Made by a program: the position numbers and the translations under genes. From NCBI GenBank assembly GCA_038243605.1, contig JBBSQX010000011.1, forward strand, positions 2,531 to 66,530: a DNA stretch of 64,000 nucleotides, in the 5' to 3' direction. Origin of the DNA: Actinomycetales bacterium (GTDB lineage Bacteria; Actinomycetota; Actinomycetes; Actinomycetales; Microbacteriaceae). Below the pieces are notes generated by a model. It worked only from the letters and a program-made list of their open reading frames with translations. It was not told where the DNA came from and did not search any database. How positions within the stretch are numbered: position 1 is the first letter of the stretch; each line of letters begins with the position of its first letter. Below are positions 35,501 through 43,554 of this stretch, one piece after another.

Positions 35501-36558
35501 AGTGCGATGCGCAGCATGGTCGGGTTCTCAAGCTCTGCCCATCGCGCCGGAAGCTCGATCACCGTAACGCCGAGCACACCGTCTTCGGTGACAATGGGGT
35601 CACTCAATGGCACTCGTGCGCCATCAACAACAATGATCACGTGCGGCAGCGTCGCGGAGGTGGCCGGCCCAAACCGCGGTCGCTCCTTGATTTCTGCCGG
35701 CAGCAGATCCTCGATCTCGTCGAGCGAGGAGGAGATCATTCTGGCCGGACCGAGCTGGTCGGTGCTCGTGCGCGAGTGGGTGTGTGGCAGCCACTTTGCC
35801 CACTCCCACTGCGACAGCGAGGCGTCATCCGCGGCGATGGCGATCTGCAGGTTCTCTGGGTCGTGCATTGTTGCAGCGTGCAACAGCATGGCGCGAACGA
35901 GCGAACGAACCTCGCGTTCATCCCCCGTCACCTGAACGCGAGCGAAGCCGTTGAGTGGCACCGCAAGGGGGAGGTTCTCTTGCATCTCGTGCGCGATCAT
36001 GAATCGGTGCGCTGCGGATGCCGCCACAGGGTCGAGCTGCGCAAGAGGGGGGAGCTCTGGAGCTTCGAGCGTCACACACAGCGGCTGATCGCTGGTGCCA
36101 ACCCTGCCGAGCAAAAAGTCTGGGTCCCCGGCGGAGCGTTCCCACACCCTGGTGCGTTCCTCTGCGAGGTAGGTGAGCGCTACCGGCGCAGGGTTCGCCC
36201 AGTTGGCGGCCCTGCGCTGCTGCTTGGCGGCAACACGAATGGTCTGACGCAGCTCGGTGAGGTAGGCGAGGTATTCGCGTCTCGCGGCGACCACGGCGGT
36301 TTGGCGCTGCGAGCGTTGCCGCCATCCGTTGACCACGACAAAGCCGAGGGACGACAGCAGAAACATTCCACCAGTGAGTAGCCCGGTGAGGCCCGCATTC
36401 GACATGGTGACCATGACGATGGCGCCGATACTGCCGAGCATAGGGAGCATCGAGCTGAGAAGGTTGCTTCCCCCTTCGCTCGGGGCGAGTTCTGGCGGGG
36501 CCTGCACCGAAATCTTGCCGGAGGGCACGCGTGGGGGCGCGAGGCGGGTTGCTGACAT
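32590..36558 (-). CDS. eccC: Type VII secretion FtsK/SpoIIIE-family ATPase EccC (three P-loop domains)
   Basis: Two N-terminal TMs plus three ATPase domains. The P-loops are GATGSGTSE (D1, atypical), GGPLSGKST (D2) and GDADSGKSS (D3). The D1 Walker B is LLIVADEFSELL. The ATG overlaps the upstream stop (TAATG). Confidence 0.95.
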   Translation of the reverse strand: MSATRLAPPRVPSGKISVQAPPELAPSEGGSNLLSSMLPMLGSIGAIVMVTMSNAGLTGLLTGGMFLLSSLGFVVVNGWRQRSQRQTAVVAARREYLAYLTELRQTIRVAAKQQRRAANWANPAPVALTYLAEERTRVWERSAGDPDFLLGRVGTSDQPLCVTLEAPELPPLAQLDPVAASAAHRFMIAHEMQENLPLAVPLNGFARVQVTGDEREVRSLVRAMLLHAATMHDPENLQIAIAADDASLSQWEWAKWLPHTHSRTSTDQLGPARMISSSLDEIEDLLPAEIKERPRFGPATSATLPHVIIVVDGARVPLSDPIVTEDGVLGVTVIELPARWAELENPTMLRIALSQSPTAKRGAAELITLQAAAVDFTADGISVVEAEATARRLMPLYSSTSTTTSSSGAISGQAELVDLLNLPDVRDIDFDTAWGGRLERDRLRVPIGQDSEGVPIVLDIKESAQQGMGPHGLIIGATGSGTSEVLRTLVLALALTHSPEQLNFVLVDFKGGATFAGMADMPHVSAIITNLGKEIALVDRMQDALQGEMVRRQELLRISGNFANVTDYEKARRGGRTDLAPLPALLIVADEFSELLSAKPDFVETFVNVGRLGRSLQVHLLLSSQRLEEGKLRGLDSHLSYRIGLRTFSAAESRAVLGVPDAYHLPPEPGMGFLKSDTETMTQFRAAYVSGAPKNRARSVAGGVIRDGASSVELFTAAPVRRSEEPEVHADAPVVSSAEPEEKRSTFEIAVERMSGRGPAAHQVWLPPLLTPASLDQLMPDLAVHPQLGLISQSWRNTGALTVPLGIVDIPLEQRRESLTVSLGGAAGHMAIVGGPLSGKSTLARSTMVALSLTCTPLEVQFYVLDFGGGSFSGLQDFPHLSGLATRSEPDVVRRTVAEIIGIVNKREVYFRQQGIDSIETYRQRRAEGTVNDGYGDIFLIIDGWATLRSEFENLEVDVQALAARGLTFGVHVIITASRWLELRANIKDLIGSKIELRLGDAADSEIDRKAAANVAMSMPGRGLAQSKLQMLTALPRIDGSGESSTLANGIDDLIAKVSAGWTGPAGPKLRLLPELITLDELRALAPADTRNILIGIDEAELAPFAIDPRAEPHLYLYGDADSGKSSMLRAYANEIMRLYTPAEAKIFVVDYRRALLGEIPPEYLGAYLTAHELATTGIAELAAFLRGRIPGPDVNSEQLRARSWWTGAEGFILVDDYDLVATSQGNPLAPLAPLLAQAGDLGMHVILTRRAGGASRSAYDPIIQGLTDLGTTGILLSGNPEEGQLIGKVKPRPSVAGRAQIVSRDRGVLSAQLALSPPREG

Positions 36559-37994
36559 TATGCTTTCTCACTCCCGAGAAGGATGCTGACCGTGAACGTT
36601 CGGTCGCCAATGCGCACGCGTACGCCATCGTCAAGCAGAACCCGCTCACCCGGCACTAGCACGACGCTGTCACCGTCTTCGGAGAGCAACTCTGTTCCGT
36701 TGGTGGAGTCGCCATCCGTGAGCCAGGTACGACCGCGGGAATGCTCTAGGCGCAGATGGGTTTTCGAGACGGTCGAGTCTGGGTCCGTCACGACAACAAG
36801 TTTGTCACTTGGTTCGGTTGCCACGGGGTTACGACCGAGGTTCACCGAGACGGGGGCCGCAAACTGCTCACGTTGGCCGGTGTCAAATATCAGCAGCAGG
36901 GTGCCACTCGCGCTGGGAGCCTCGGCCCCACTCGCCGGGATGATGCCCGCGACGAGGCCACTCGACGGCTCCTCGATAATGGGCACCGGAGAGGCGATAA
37001 ACGTCTGGCCACCGGCCGCCGTGTTCGATGTGCTGAGCGAATCTTCGTCGACGACCGAGAATCGGGCGGTCGTACTGATGACGTGCGGCACCAGTGAAGG
37101 AACGGGCGGTGTGAGGTAGTGCATGGCGGCTCCCGGCGGGAGTGCCTCTGGCTGTGACCCCATCGTCACGGCCATCCCCTGCTGCTGCATGTTGCCAATA
37201 TCGCGAGGGAATGCTGCCTTACGTGGAGTGCGAGGTGGAACCGCCACAACAACGGTGAGAGCTGCACGATCTGCCCAGGTTCTGCCCTTGCCCGCGTCAT
37301 CCCAGGCGGAGGAGGCGACGACTATCCACGCGCCCACGGCGGCGACCATGAAGCCGGCGCCCGTAATGAGCCACCGCACGAAGGAGCGCCCAACGCCAGG
37401 AGAGTATGGGGCGTCATGGCGGGCGGTGCGCAATCGGAACAGCGCATTTCCGGGCGTCAGCCCCGTGCGGGCCTCAAGTACCCACATAATGACGAGGGCT
37501 TCTGCGAGCGCGATCAGGCCGTAGACGATACTCGAGGTCGCTAACGTGACAACCAACGCCACGAGCGCCACCGCGATGACGTCGGCCGTGAAAGCTCCGA
37601 GCCTCGCACCGGTACTTGCGACTGTTCCGGCGAATACTGGGTCGAGCGTGGCGGTGCCCCGTGGCGGCCTCTGCACATTCGGTCGAACTGACATCTGGTG
37701 CGGGGTGGCCGGCTGGGGGAACCCTTGTGGCGGGATGCCCATCGGTGCAGAACCCCCGGCATCCGCGCCGACGGCACCGGCACCAGCCAACGCAGGCGCA
37801 ACGAGAAACTGCGCGGGTGAGACCTGCTGGATGGCCCCACACCAAATACAGCTGACGCTGCCGGCCTGAACAACCTGATGACAGTTCCAGCACTGCGCGC
37901 CGGAAGTTGACGGTGCCCCTGAGGACGGTGCCCCTGAGGACGGTGCACCTGAAGACGGCGCACCTGGGGTTGGCGGCAGCGGTGGCAGACTCAT
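36558..37994 (-). CDS. Zinc-ribbon / RDD-family membrane / FHA-domain protein
   Basis: (GAPSS)x3, then CWNC...CIWC. RDD-type TM region ending ...GRTWADRAALTVVV. C-terminal FHA: NLGRNP...TVSKTHLRL...GDSTNGTEL. Overlaps the eccD stop (37991-37994) and the eccC start (36558). Confidence 0.8.
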   Translation of the reverse strand: MSLPPLPPTPGAPSSGAPSSGAPSSGAPSTSGAQCWNCHQVVQAGSVSCIWCGAIQQVSPAQFLVAPALAGAGAVGADAGGSAPMGIPPQGFPQPATPHQMSVRPNVQRPPRGTATLDPVFAGTVASTGARLGAFTADVIAVALVALVVTLATSSIVYGLIALAEALVIMWVLEARTGLTPGNALFRLRTARHDAPYSPGVGRSFVRWLITGAGFMVAAVGAWIVVASSAWDDAGKGRTWADRAALTVVVAVPPRTPRKAAFPRDIGNMQQQGMAVTMGSQPEALPPGAAMHYLTPPVPSLVPHVISTTARFSVVDEDSLSTSNTAAGGQTFIASPVPIIEEPSSGLVAGIIPASGAEAPSASGTLLLIFDTGQREQFAAPVSVNLGRNPVATEPSDKLVVVTDPDSTVSKTHLRLEHSRGRTWLTDGDSTNGTELLSEDGDSVVLVPGERVLLDDGVRVRIGDRTFTVSILLGSEKA

Positions 37995-39376
37995 GCCGCC
38001 ATCATTCCACGCAGAAGGTCTATCGCGTCGGCGGCGAGCAGTGCCGCGGGCAGACAGAAGGCAACGGCGAGGCCCTCCATGACATCCGCGAGCCGTGACC
38101 AGCCAAGGGAGCTGGAGCCGCGACCGATAGGAACAAGCACTGCGGCGGCGATGATGCCGATCACGAGAAAGACGATCGAGGCGATGACGAGCGACTGCGA
38201 GCCAAATTCTGCAGTGGCCACCACGGCGGCTTCCAACATGACGATGACGGCGGCGCTTCGGGGAACCCAGCGAAGTATCGGGTTGAGGGTGTGCCGTGGA
38301 ACAAGCAGCAGCGCGAGTACGAGTAGCACCACGAGGGCTATTGTTCCTATCTCGATGAGCAGGTTTGCCCGCCAGTTTCCGGCGAGGGCGATGGGCATCA
38401 TCGTGACGGCGATAATGCTCAGAAGTACTGTACCGGCGAGCAGTCGCGCACTGGAGTCGTGCACGATCCGCAGCACCTCCGTGAACCTCACCTGATCTGG
38501 TGAGACCGGGATCGTTCCACGCACTGTCCAGCGGTTGCTCATGAACCGCGCGTAGTCAATGTGGTAGCCCTCAGGAACATTCACGAGGGTGCTAGGAATG
38601 GCGCGAAGCGCGATCGGCACCGCGCCCGCCGAGATGGCACCTGCCGCAACGAGGCCCCACCCCATCGCGAGCGTGATTCCCCACACCCCAGCGAACACGA
38701 GGAGCAGGATGGCGACCGCGGAGGAGGCGCCGCGCAGACGCACACCGCCGACCGAGGTTGTGAGCACAGTGGCGAGGATGCCGGCGGCGAGCAGCCCAGA
38801 AAATATTCCGAGCTGCAGTGAGGCTTCGAGACCGGAGGGCACCGCAAGCATCCCGGAGGCGAAGGCGAGGCCGAGAGGCGCAAGCATCGCGAGAGCATCG
38901 GCCGGGTTGTCGTTCGATTGACGGAACGCCCAGGCGAGCGCGGAGACGATTGCGGCAACCCCGAGCACGGCGCTCACGACGGCGCGCTCAACTGTGCCGA
39001 GCACAACGCCATCAGAGTTGTTGCTGTACACGGCAGTGCCGACGGCGACGATGGCGATCATGGCGAGCATCCACCAAACGTTCCCGCGGTCATAACGCGT
39101 CGTGGTGCGCTGTTCTCGTACTGTGGGGGCGAGCGGTTCGTTTGCTCGCAGGTCAACGATGGCGAACAGGGCCCCGTCTGACAGCTCTGCTGCGAGTATG
39201 CCGAGCTTAGTCTCGCGCCCGCCGCGTTCGAGCACCACGTGGCGACCAGGCTCGATGATATAGCCCAGCCCACTCAATACGTTGCCGAGGGTGTCATCGA
39301 GCGGAACGAGCAGGTCGAGGCGACGCTCCCCGTCAACCAGAGCGATCTTTCGGCGCTCCGGAACGATCACCGACAT
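37991..39376 (-). CDS. eccD: Type VII secretion integral membrane protein EccD (copy 1)
   Basis: N-terminal ubiquitin-like segment (RRLDLLVPLDDTLGNVLSGLG...) followed by about 11 TM helices. Confidence 0.85.
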   Translation of the reverse strand: MSVIVPERRKIALVDGERRLDLLVPLDDTLGNVLSGLGYIIEPGRHVVLERGGRETKLGILAAELSDGALFAIVDLRANEPLAPTVREQRTTTRYDRGNVWWMLAMIAIVAVGTAVYSNNSDGVVLGTVERAVVSAVLGVAAIVSALAWAFRQSNDNPADALAMLAPLGLAFASGMLAVPSGLEASLQLGIFSGLLAAGILATVLTTSVGGVRLRGASSAVAILLLVFAGVWGITLAMGWGLVAAGAISAGAVPIALRAIPSTLVNVPEGYHIDYARFMSNRWTVRGTIPVSPDQVRFTEVLRIVHDSSARLLAGTVLLSIIAVTMMPIALAGNWRANLLIEIGTIALVVLLVLALLLVPRHTLNPILRWVPRSAAVIVMLEAAVVATAEFGSQSLVIASIVFLVIGIIAAAVLVPIGRGSSSLGWSRLADVMEGLAVAFCLPAALLAADAIDLLRGMMAA

Positions 39377-39502
39377 ATTTTACAGTCCCACGACGAGTTA
39401 GCGGATGTCGCCCCGCTGACTCTCAACGAAGCACCGGTCGCAGGCAAAACCTGTCGGGTCAGCACTGATCATCTGCGCTGATCGTCTGTGGCATTGCCGC
39501 TC

Positions 39503-40813
39503 CTATTCGATGTCGGGAACGTCACGCCCGCCGGCCATGGCCCCCGCTGAGCGTGGTCCGCGCTCGATGTCATCCTCAAGTTTGGGCGCCATCGGGCCAC
39601 CAAGACCTGAACGCTTCTCTTTTTCGCCGCCACCAGCACCGCCTTGACCGCCGCCCATCATGGCGCCACCCGGTCTGCTGCCTGCTGCCCCAGAGCCACC
39701 GGCCGCTTCACCAGCCGCACCGACTCCGCCGCCCTTGGCGCCGCCAAGCAGCCCGCCAGCGCCCGGGTTTGCCGCAGCACCACCGGCACCCCCCATGCCG
39801 CCGGCTCCGCCGCCTGCGGAACCGAAACCACCAAGCCCACCACCGGTGCCCGTCATTCCAGAGCCGCCCACGCGGGCGCCAACGGCAAGAGCCGCAGCAC
39901 CAGCGCCACCGCTCACTGCGCCACCCAAACCACCGCCCGGTCGGAAGGGGAGTCCGCCACCGTTGGGGCCACCAGCGCCACCGCCAGATCCGCCAGCGCC
40001 ACCGGGACCACCAGCGCCACCGGTTCCCGGAAGGTAACCGCCATCGAGGCCTCCGTCAACAGAGGGAACTGTCGCATGCCCGCCAGGGACGTAGCCCGGC
40101 CCACCAGGAACATAGTGTGGCCCACCAGTACCTGGTCCACCCGTGCCGAAGCCACCGGTACCTGACCCACCAGCTCCAGGCCCACCAGACGAGGCTCCAG
40201 ACACTCCGGGACCACCGTAGTTGCCGCCACCCGGGCCCGATCCGTATCCAGGATTTCCGTTTCTCCACCCGTCCGTGGACGAGGGCGGAGGAGCGGGCTG
40301 GTCGGGCACGAAATCGACGGCAAGCTGCTTCGGCTGTTTCAGGGCGAGATCCCTCCCTGCCAAGCTTGCGTGAAACTCATCCAACTTCTTGCGTGCCGCG
40401 TCTTCGCGTTGGCCTTTGAGGTGGTCTTCATACACCTGCATGCCACCCTGGGCCGACAAGACTCCCAGCGGGCCGAGGGCGAAGCTCCCCGCCGTAATCG
40501 CAGTGCGAGTGCCGCCGTCGATGTGGGTCGACGGCAATGGGCCGTCGTTAACCATTCGCCGCGTGTTGTTTGCGTAAAAAATCATATCCTTCACCTCATG
40601 CACGTTGTCGTGTATTTCGGCAAATTGTTTCTGAAGCGCAGAAAACACCGCTTGGGCACTCTCTGCAGAAGCGCCCGTGAGCCCAGTGGCACCTGCAATC
40701 TTCGCCATCAGGGCCACAAGCTCTGGGAGCTCATTCTCAAGTTGATTTAGTGCCGGAACCTCCCAATCAGGCGCCGCAGCGAGTGCCTTGAGCTCGTCTT
40801 CGTATTTTCCCAT
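39503..40813 (-). CDS. Helical N-domain plus long Gly-rich C-terminal protein (candidate T7SS substrate)
   Basis: About 190 aa of predicted helices, then a Pro linker, then about 240 aa of GGxGG/GPG low complexity. The ATG at 40813 is preceded by AAAGGAA. A TTG at 40834 would overlap the upstream stop. Confidence 0.65.
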   Translation of the reverse strand: MGKYEDELKALAAAPDWEVPALNQLENELPELVALMAKIAGATGLTGASAESAQAVFSALQKQFAEIHDNVHEVKDMIFYANNTRRMVNDGPLPSTHIDGGTRTAITAGSFALGPLGVLSAQGGMQVYEDHLKGQREDAARKKLDEFHASLAGRDLALKQPKQLAVDFVPDQPAPPPSSTDGWRNGNPGYGSGPGGGNYGGPGVSGASSGGPGAGGSGTGGFGTGGPGTGGPHYVPGGPGYVPGGHATVPSVDGGLDGGYLPGTGGAGGPGGAGGSGGGAGGPNGGGLPFRPGGGLGGAVSGGAGAAALAVGARVGGSGMTGTGGGLGGFGSAGGGAGGMGGAGGAAANPGAGGLLGGAKGGGVGAAGEAAGGSGAAGSRPGGAMMGGGQGGAGGGEKEKRSGLGGPMAPKLEDDIERGPRSAGAMAGGRDVPDIE

Positions 40814-40830
40814 GATGCAATTCCTTTCGC

Positions 40831-42144
40831 TCAAAAACCTGTGCCATTAGTCGGTGGTCGCTTAGCTCGCCGGGAGGTGAGCACGACCGCCAAAATGATT
40901 ACGCCGATGATCAGCAGCAGGAATATCACGCCCCCAATCACTATCGGTAACAACCAGGAAAGTGATGACGCGCCTTCCGTCGGCTCAGTCGGCGACGCGT
41001 CGGGCGTGTGGATGGGAGGCGGGCTCGCAATCATCTCCGCCGAAGGATCCCAGCCAGCACCCTCCATAATCAACGGATTCACATCCGGATACTGTGTCGG
41101 ATCCACTTTCAACATATGAGTGGCCGATGCCACCCCATACCCAAGGCCGGCATCAGTGCTGAACTCGAGTGGATGATCATCGCCACCTGTGTTATGGATC
41201 AAAGTTTGAATCAACTGATTGCCAGTCGCCTTGGGATATTTATCCTTCACCAACGCCATAAAGCTGGACACTATCGGTGTCGCATACGACGTGCCATATC
41301 CGAGCATCTGTGTCTCCCACAAACCCTCATCCACCGAGCCCTGCGTCATGACACCCATCCCAGGCCCCGCCACTACGACCCTTTTGTCGTAGTCACTCGC
41401 GCCCTGCAACGACACCTCAGCATTGGCATCTATCCGCTGCACGGCCACCGCACCATTTGCTGCCGCGGGCCACGCAAAGTTATGTTCTGTGCTGCCATCA
41501 GGACCCACATTGGGTAGTCCACCGACAATGACCACACCTTTGTTCTCTGCCCTCGCGACAGCTTGGATTAGCGTCGCCTCGGGAAAACCATTCAACGACA
41601 CAGAAATGATGTCGGCACCCATGGCCACTGCACTATCGACAAACAAAGCCTCGACGCTGTTCTCGTAAGCGGTGCCATCGGCCTCGAGACAGTCCCCCTC
41701 ATTGCCAGCATTATCAGTCGGCGACAACATGAAGTAGAGCACCTTCGCCTTCGGCGCCACACCCTTCACACCTGTCTGGCCCGGATAGCCAGCGCCGGTA
41801 CCCACAATGAACGAGGCCACATTCGTGCCATGGTGCGCCCCCATGGCTGTTGAGGTCGGCGGAATCAACACACCAGACTCATCCCAACACAGCGACGGCT
41901 GCACCTCAATATCAGCACCCTTAAGGGTGGGAACTTCAAGATTAATTTGAGTATCAATGACCGCAATGGTCACACCAGAACCCATGATGCCCGCGTCATG
42001 CGCATCCTGCACATGAAAAGCATCAAAATACCAAAAGCTATCGTCAAGGTTCTCAGCCATCGCGGCAGAACCAGATCCCAGCAACAGTCCCGCCACTGCA
42101 ACTACCCCCACAGCACGGGTACTCCAGCGCAAGAACGATCTCAA
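40831..42144 (-). CDS. Membrane-anchored S8 (subtilisin-family) serine protease, mycosin-like (paralog A)
   Basis: Signal peptide. Asp (VTIAVIDTQ), His (AHHGTNVAS) and Ser (GYGTSYATPIVSS) are all present. C-terminal TM plus a short basic tail. The TTGA start overlaps the upstream gene. Confidence 0.88.
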   Translation of the reverse strand: MRSFLRWSTRAVGVVAVAGLLLGSGSAAMAENLDDSFWYFDAFHVQDAHDAGIMGSGVTIAVIDTQINLEVPTLKGADIEVQPSLCWDESGVLIPPTSTAMGAHHGTNVASFIVGTGAGYPGQTGVKGVAPKAKVLYFMLSPTDNAGNEGDCLEADGTAYENSVEALFVDSAVAMGADIISVSLNGFPEATLIQAVARAENKGVVIVGGLPNVGPDGSTEHNFAWPAAANGAVAVQRIDANAEVSLQGASDYDKRVVVAGPGMGVMTQGSVDEGLWETQMLGYGTSYATPIVSSFMALVKDKYPKATGNQLIQTLIHNTGGDDHPLEFSTDAGLGYGVASATHMLKVDPTQYPDVNPLIMEGAGWDPSAEMIASPPPIHTPDASPTEPTEGASSLSWLLPIVIGGVIFLLLIIGVIILAVVLTSRRAKRPPTNGTGF

Positions 42145-42602
42145 CTTATGCCCGCACCCTTCGGCTGACTCGCAAATTCAGCGGTGGCATTAGACGCCGT
42201 GGCGCCTGTTCCCGCGGTGTCTTTCGCAGTCGAAATCGTTCTCGTTTTCTCTTTCTCGGTCGCCACCGCTATCGCCGTCGGAGTTGCCATCAACGCAATC
42301 TGTGCCAAAAGTTTGGCAGCACCTTCCGAGAGCGACCCATCTGCCTTCACTAGCGCCGTGACAGTTTCGGCGATAGCAACGTGTTGCTGCTGCACGCTGT
42401 CGCTGATTGCGGTTGCGAGTTTGTAAAGATTGCCCTCAAGGGTCCCCAACCGCCAGTAGAAGTCGGACGTCACACCCTCGCTTGTACCGTGTACGGCCCC
42501 AACCCTGCAAGTCAAGCCTCCGCCGCCCGGCAGATACTCTGCGAGCAGCTTGAGCGCGTGCGCAGCTTCATCAAGATCGACGGCGATGACTTTGCCAGCC
42601 AT
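42141..42602 (-). CDS. Small helical protein of unknown function within the T7SS operon
   Basis: 153-aa ORF with an ATG start, coupled to the downstream protease gene. Ala/Thr-rich C-terminus. I can support no family assignment. Confidence 0.55.
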   Translation of the reverse strand: MAGKVIAVDLDEAAHALKLLAEYLPGGGGLTCRVGAVHGTSEGVTSDFYWRLGTLEGNLYKLATAISDSVQQQHVAIAETVTALVKADGSLSEGAAKLLAQIALMATPTAIAVATEKEKTRTISTAKDTAGTGATASNATAEFASQPKGAGIS

Positions 42603-42651
42603 GAGTGGCCCTTTCCCTACGTGACGTTAAAAACTTTGTGTCAGGCTGCAG

Positions 42652-42681
42652 GCCGGGCGGCGGAGTAACCGCACACCCGGC
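42652..42681 (-). terminator. GC-rich hairpin about 20 nt after the WXG100 pair (attenuator candidate)
   Basis: GCCGGG (42652-57) / CCCGGC (42676-81) outer stem and GCGG (42660-63) / CCGC (42669-72) inner stem. The transcript has GUUUUUAA about 20 nt further downstream. Confidence 0.4.
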
Positions 42682-42701
42682 CCGACAAAGCCTGGGTCGA
42701 A

Positions 42702-42992
42702 CTAGATAGCGAAGCGGCTCGCGGACGAGTTGTCGCTCTGCACATACTGCTGCGAAATTTCTTCCGTCTTGGTAGCAACCTGTGACAGCAACTGCTGCAT
42801 CTCGGCCACCGACTGGTTCCACTTGCGCTGAGCGGCATCATACGACTGCTGCGCCTCGCCACCCCACGATGCACGCAACTTGGAGACCTCAGACTCGAGA
42901 GTGTCAAGCTGTGCACGGATGCCCTGAGCACCACCGCGGATCTGGCCGGCGAGTGCGGTGACTTGGGCCGGATTGACTGACATCGACTGCAT
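42702..42992 (-). CDS. WXG100-family (Esx) protein with a C-terminal YxxxD motif
   Basis: 96 aa. SWGGEA (WxG) sits at the helix-turn-helix centre, and QQYVQSDNSS lies near the C-terminus. Confidence 0.88.
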   Translation of the reverse strand: MQSMSVNPAQVTALAGQIRGGAQGIRAQLDTLESEVSKLRASWGGEAQQSYDAAQRKWNQSVAEMQQLLSQVATKTEEISQQYVQSDNSSASRFAI

Positions 42993-43026
42993 GTTTAAAA
43001 CCTTTCTTTACAGAATTCGTGAAACT

Positions 43027-43344
43027 TTAGAAACCAGACATCATCGAGCCGAGGCCCGAGATGGTGGACTGGTGCTCTTCTTCGGTCGCCGCCGCGTCAC
43101 GCTCAGTGCCCGACAGCGCATCCTCAAGAGTGACCAACACGTTGTTGAGCTTGCGTGCCTGCTCATCCCACGAGTTCATCAGCGTGGTGAACGACACCGC
43201 CGCTGAACCCTGCCAGTAACCGCGCAGCTGCTCGATCTCTCCACGCACGTTCTTCACCTGCTGGTCGATTCCAGCCTTCGTTTCATTAACCGCCTGAGCT
43301 CCCCTACGTAGGGCTCCCTCTTCCGCGGAAATAACTCCTGCCAT
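43027..43344 (-). CDS. WXG100-family (Esx) protein
   Basis: 105 aa from the ATG at 43344 (MAGVISAEEG...). YWQGSA provides WxG. The C-terminus ...GSMMSGF resembles the CFP-10-type ...QMGF end. The 24-aa extension in the ORF track is rejected. Confidence 0.88.
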   Translation of the reverse strand: MAGVISAEEGALRRGAQAVNETKAGIDQQVKNVRGEIEQLRGYWQGSAAVSFTTLMNSWDEQARKLNNVLVTLEDALSGTERDAAATEEEHQSTISGLGSMMSGF

Positions 43345-43554
43345 GGTCCACTCCTTCAATACATCGTGTGCCATCAATGACGGGCCCACAACGGGCCCAC
43401 CACAAGACAAGGGCAATCACCACTGGTCTGCCCCAAAACATCCTTCAAAGCCCCAGAGTAAGACAGAAGCGTCTACCACCGCAACATAACGAGCGATATT
43501 CCCTTACGAGAATCGTGCCTGACCCCGCGTGCGGGCCATCCAGAGACCGGGGTG

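Noticed and set aside
39553-40419. 288-aa plus-strand ORF (and two more) antisense to the Gly-rich gene
   Set aside because: GGN/NCC repeats keep several frames open. The minus-strand frame alone has a structured N-terminal domain, an RBS and operon continuity. I cannot fully exclude antisense expression without data.
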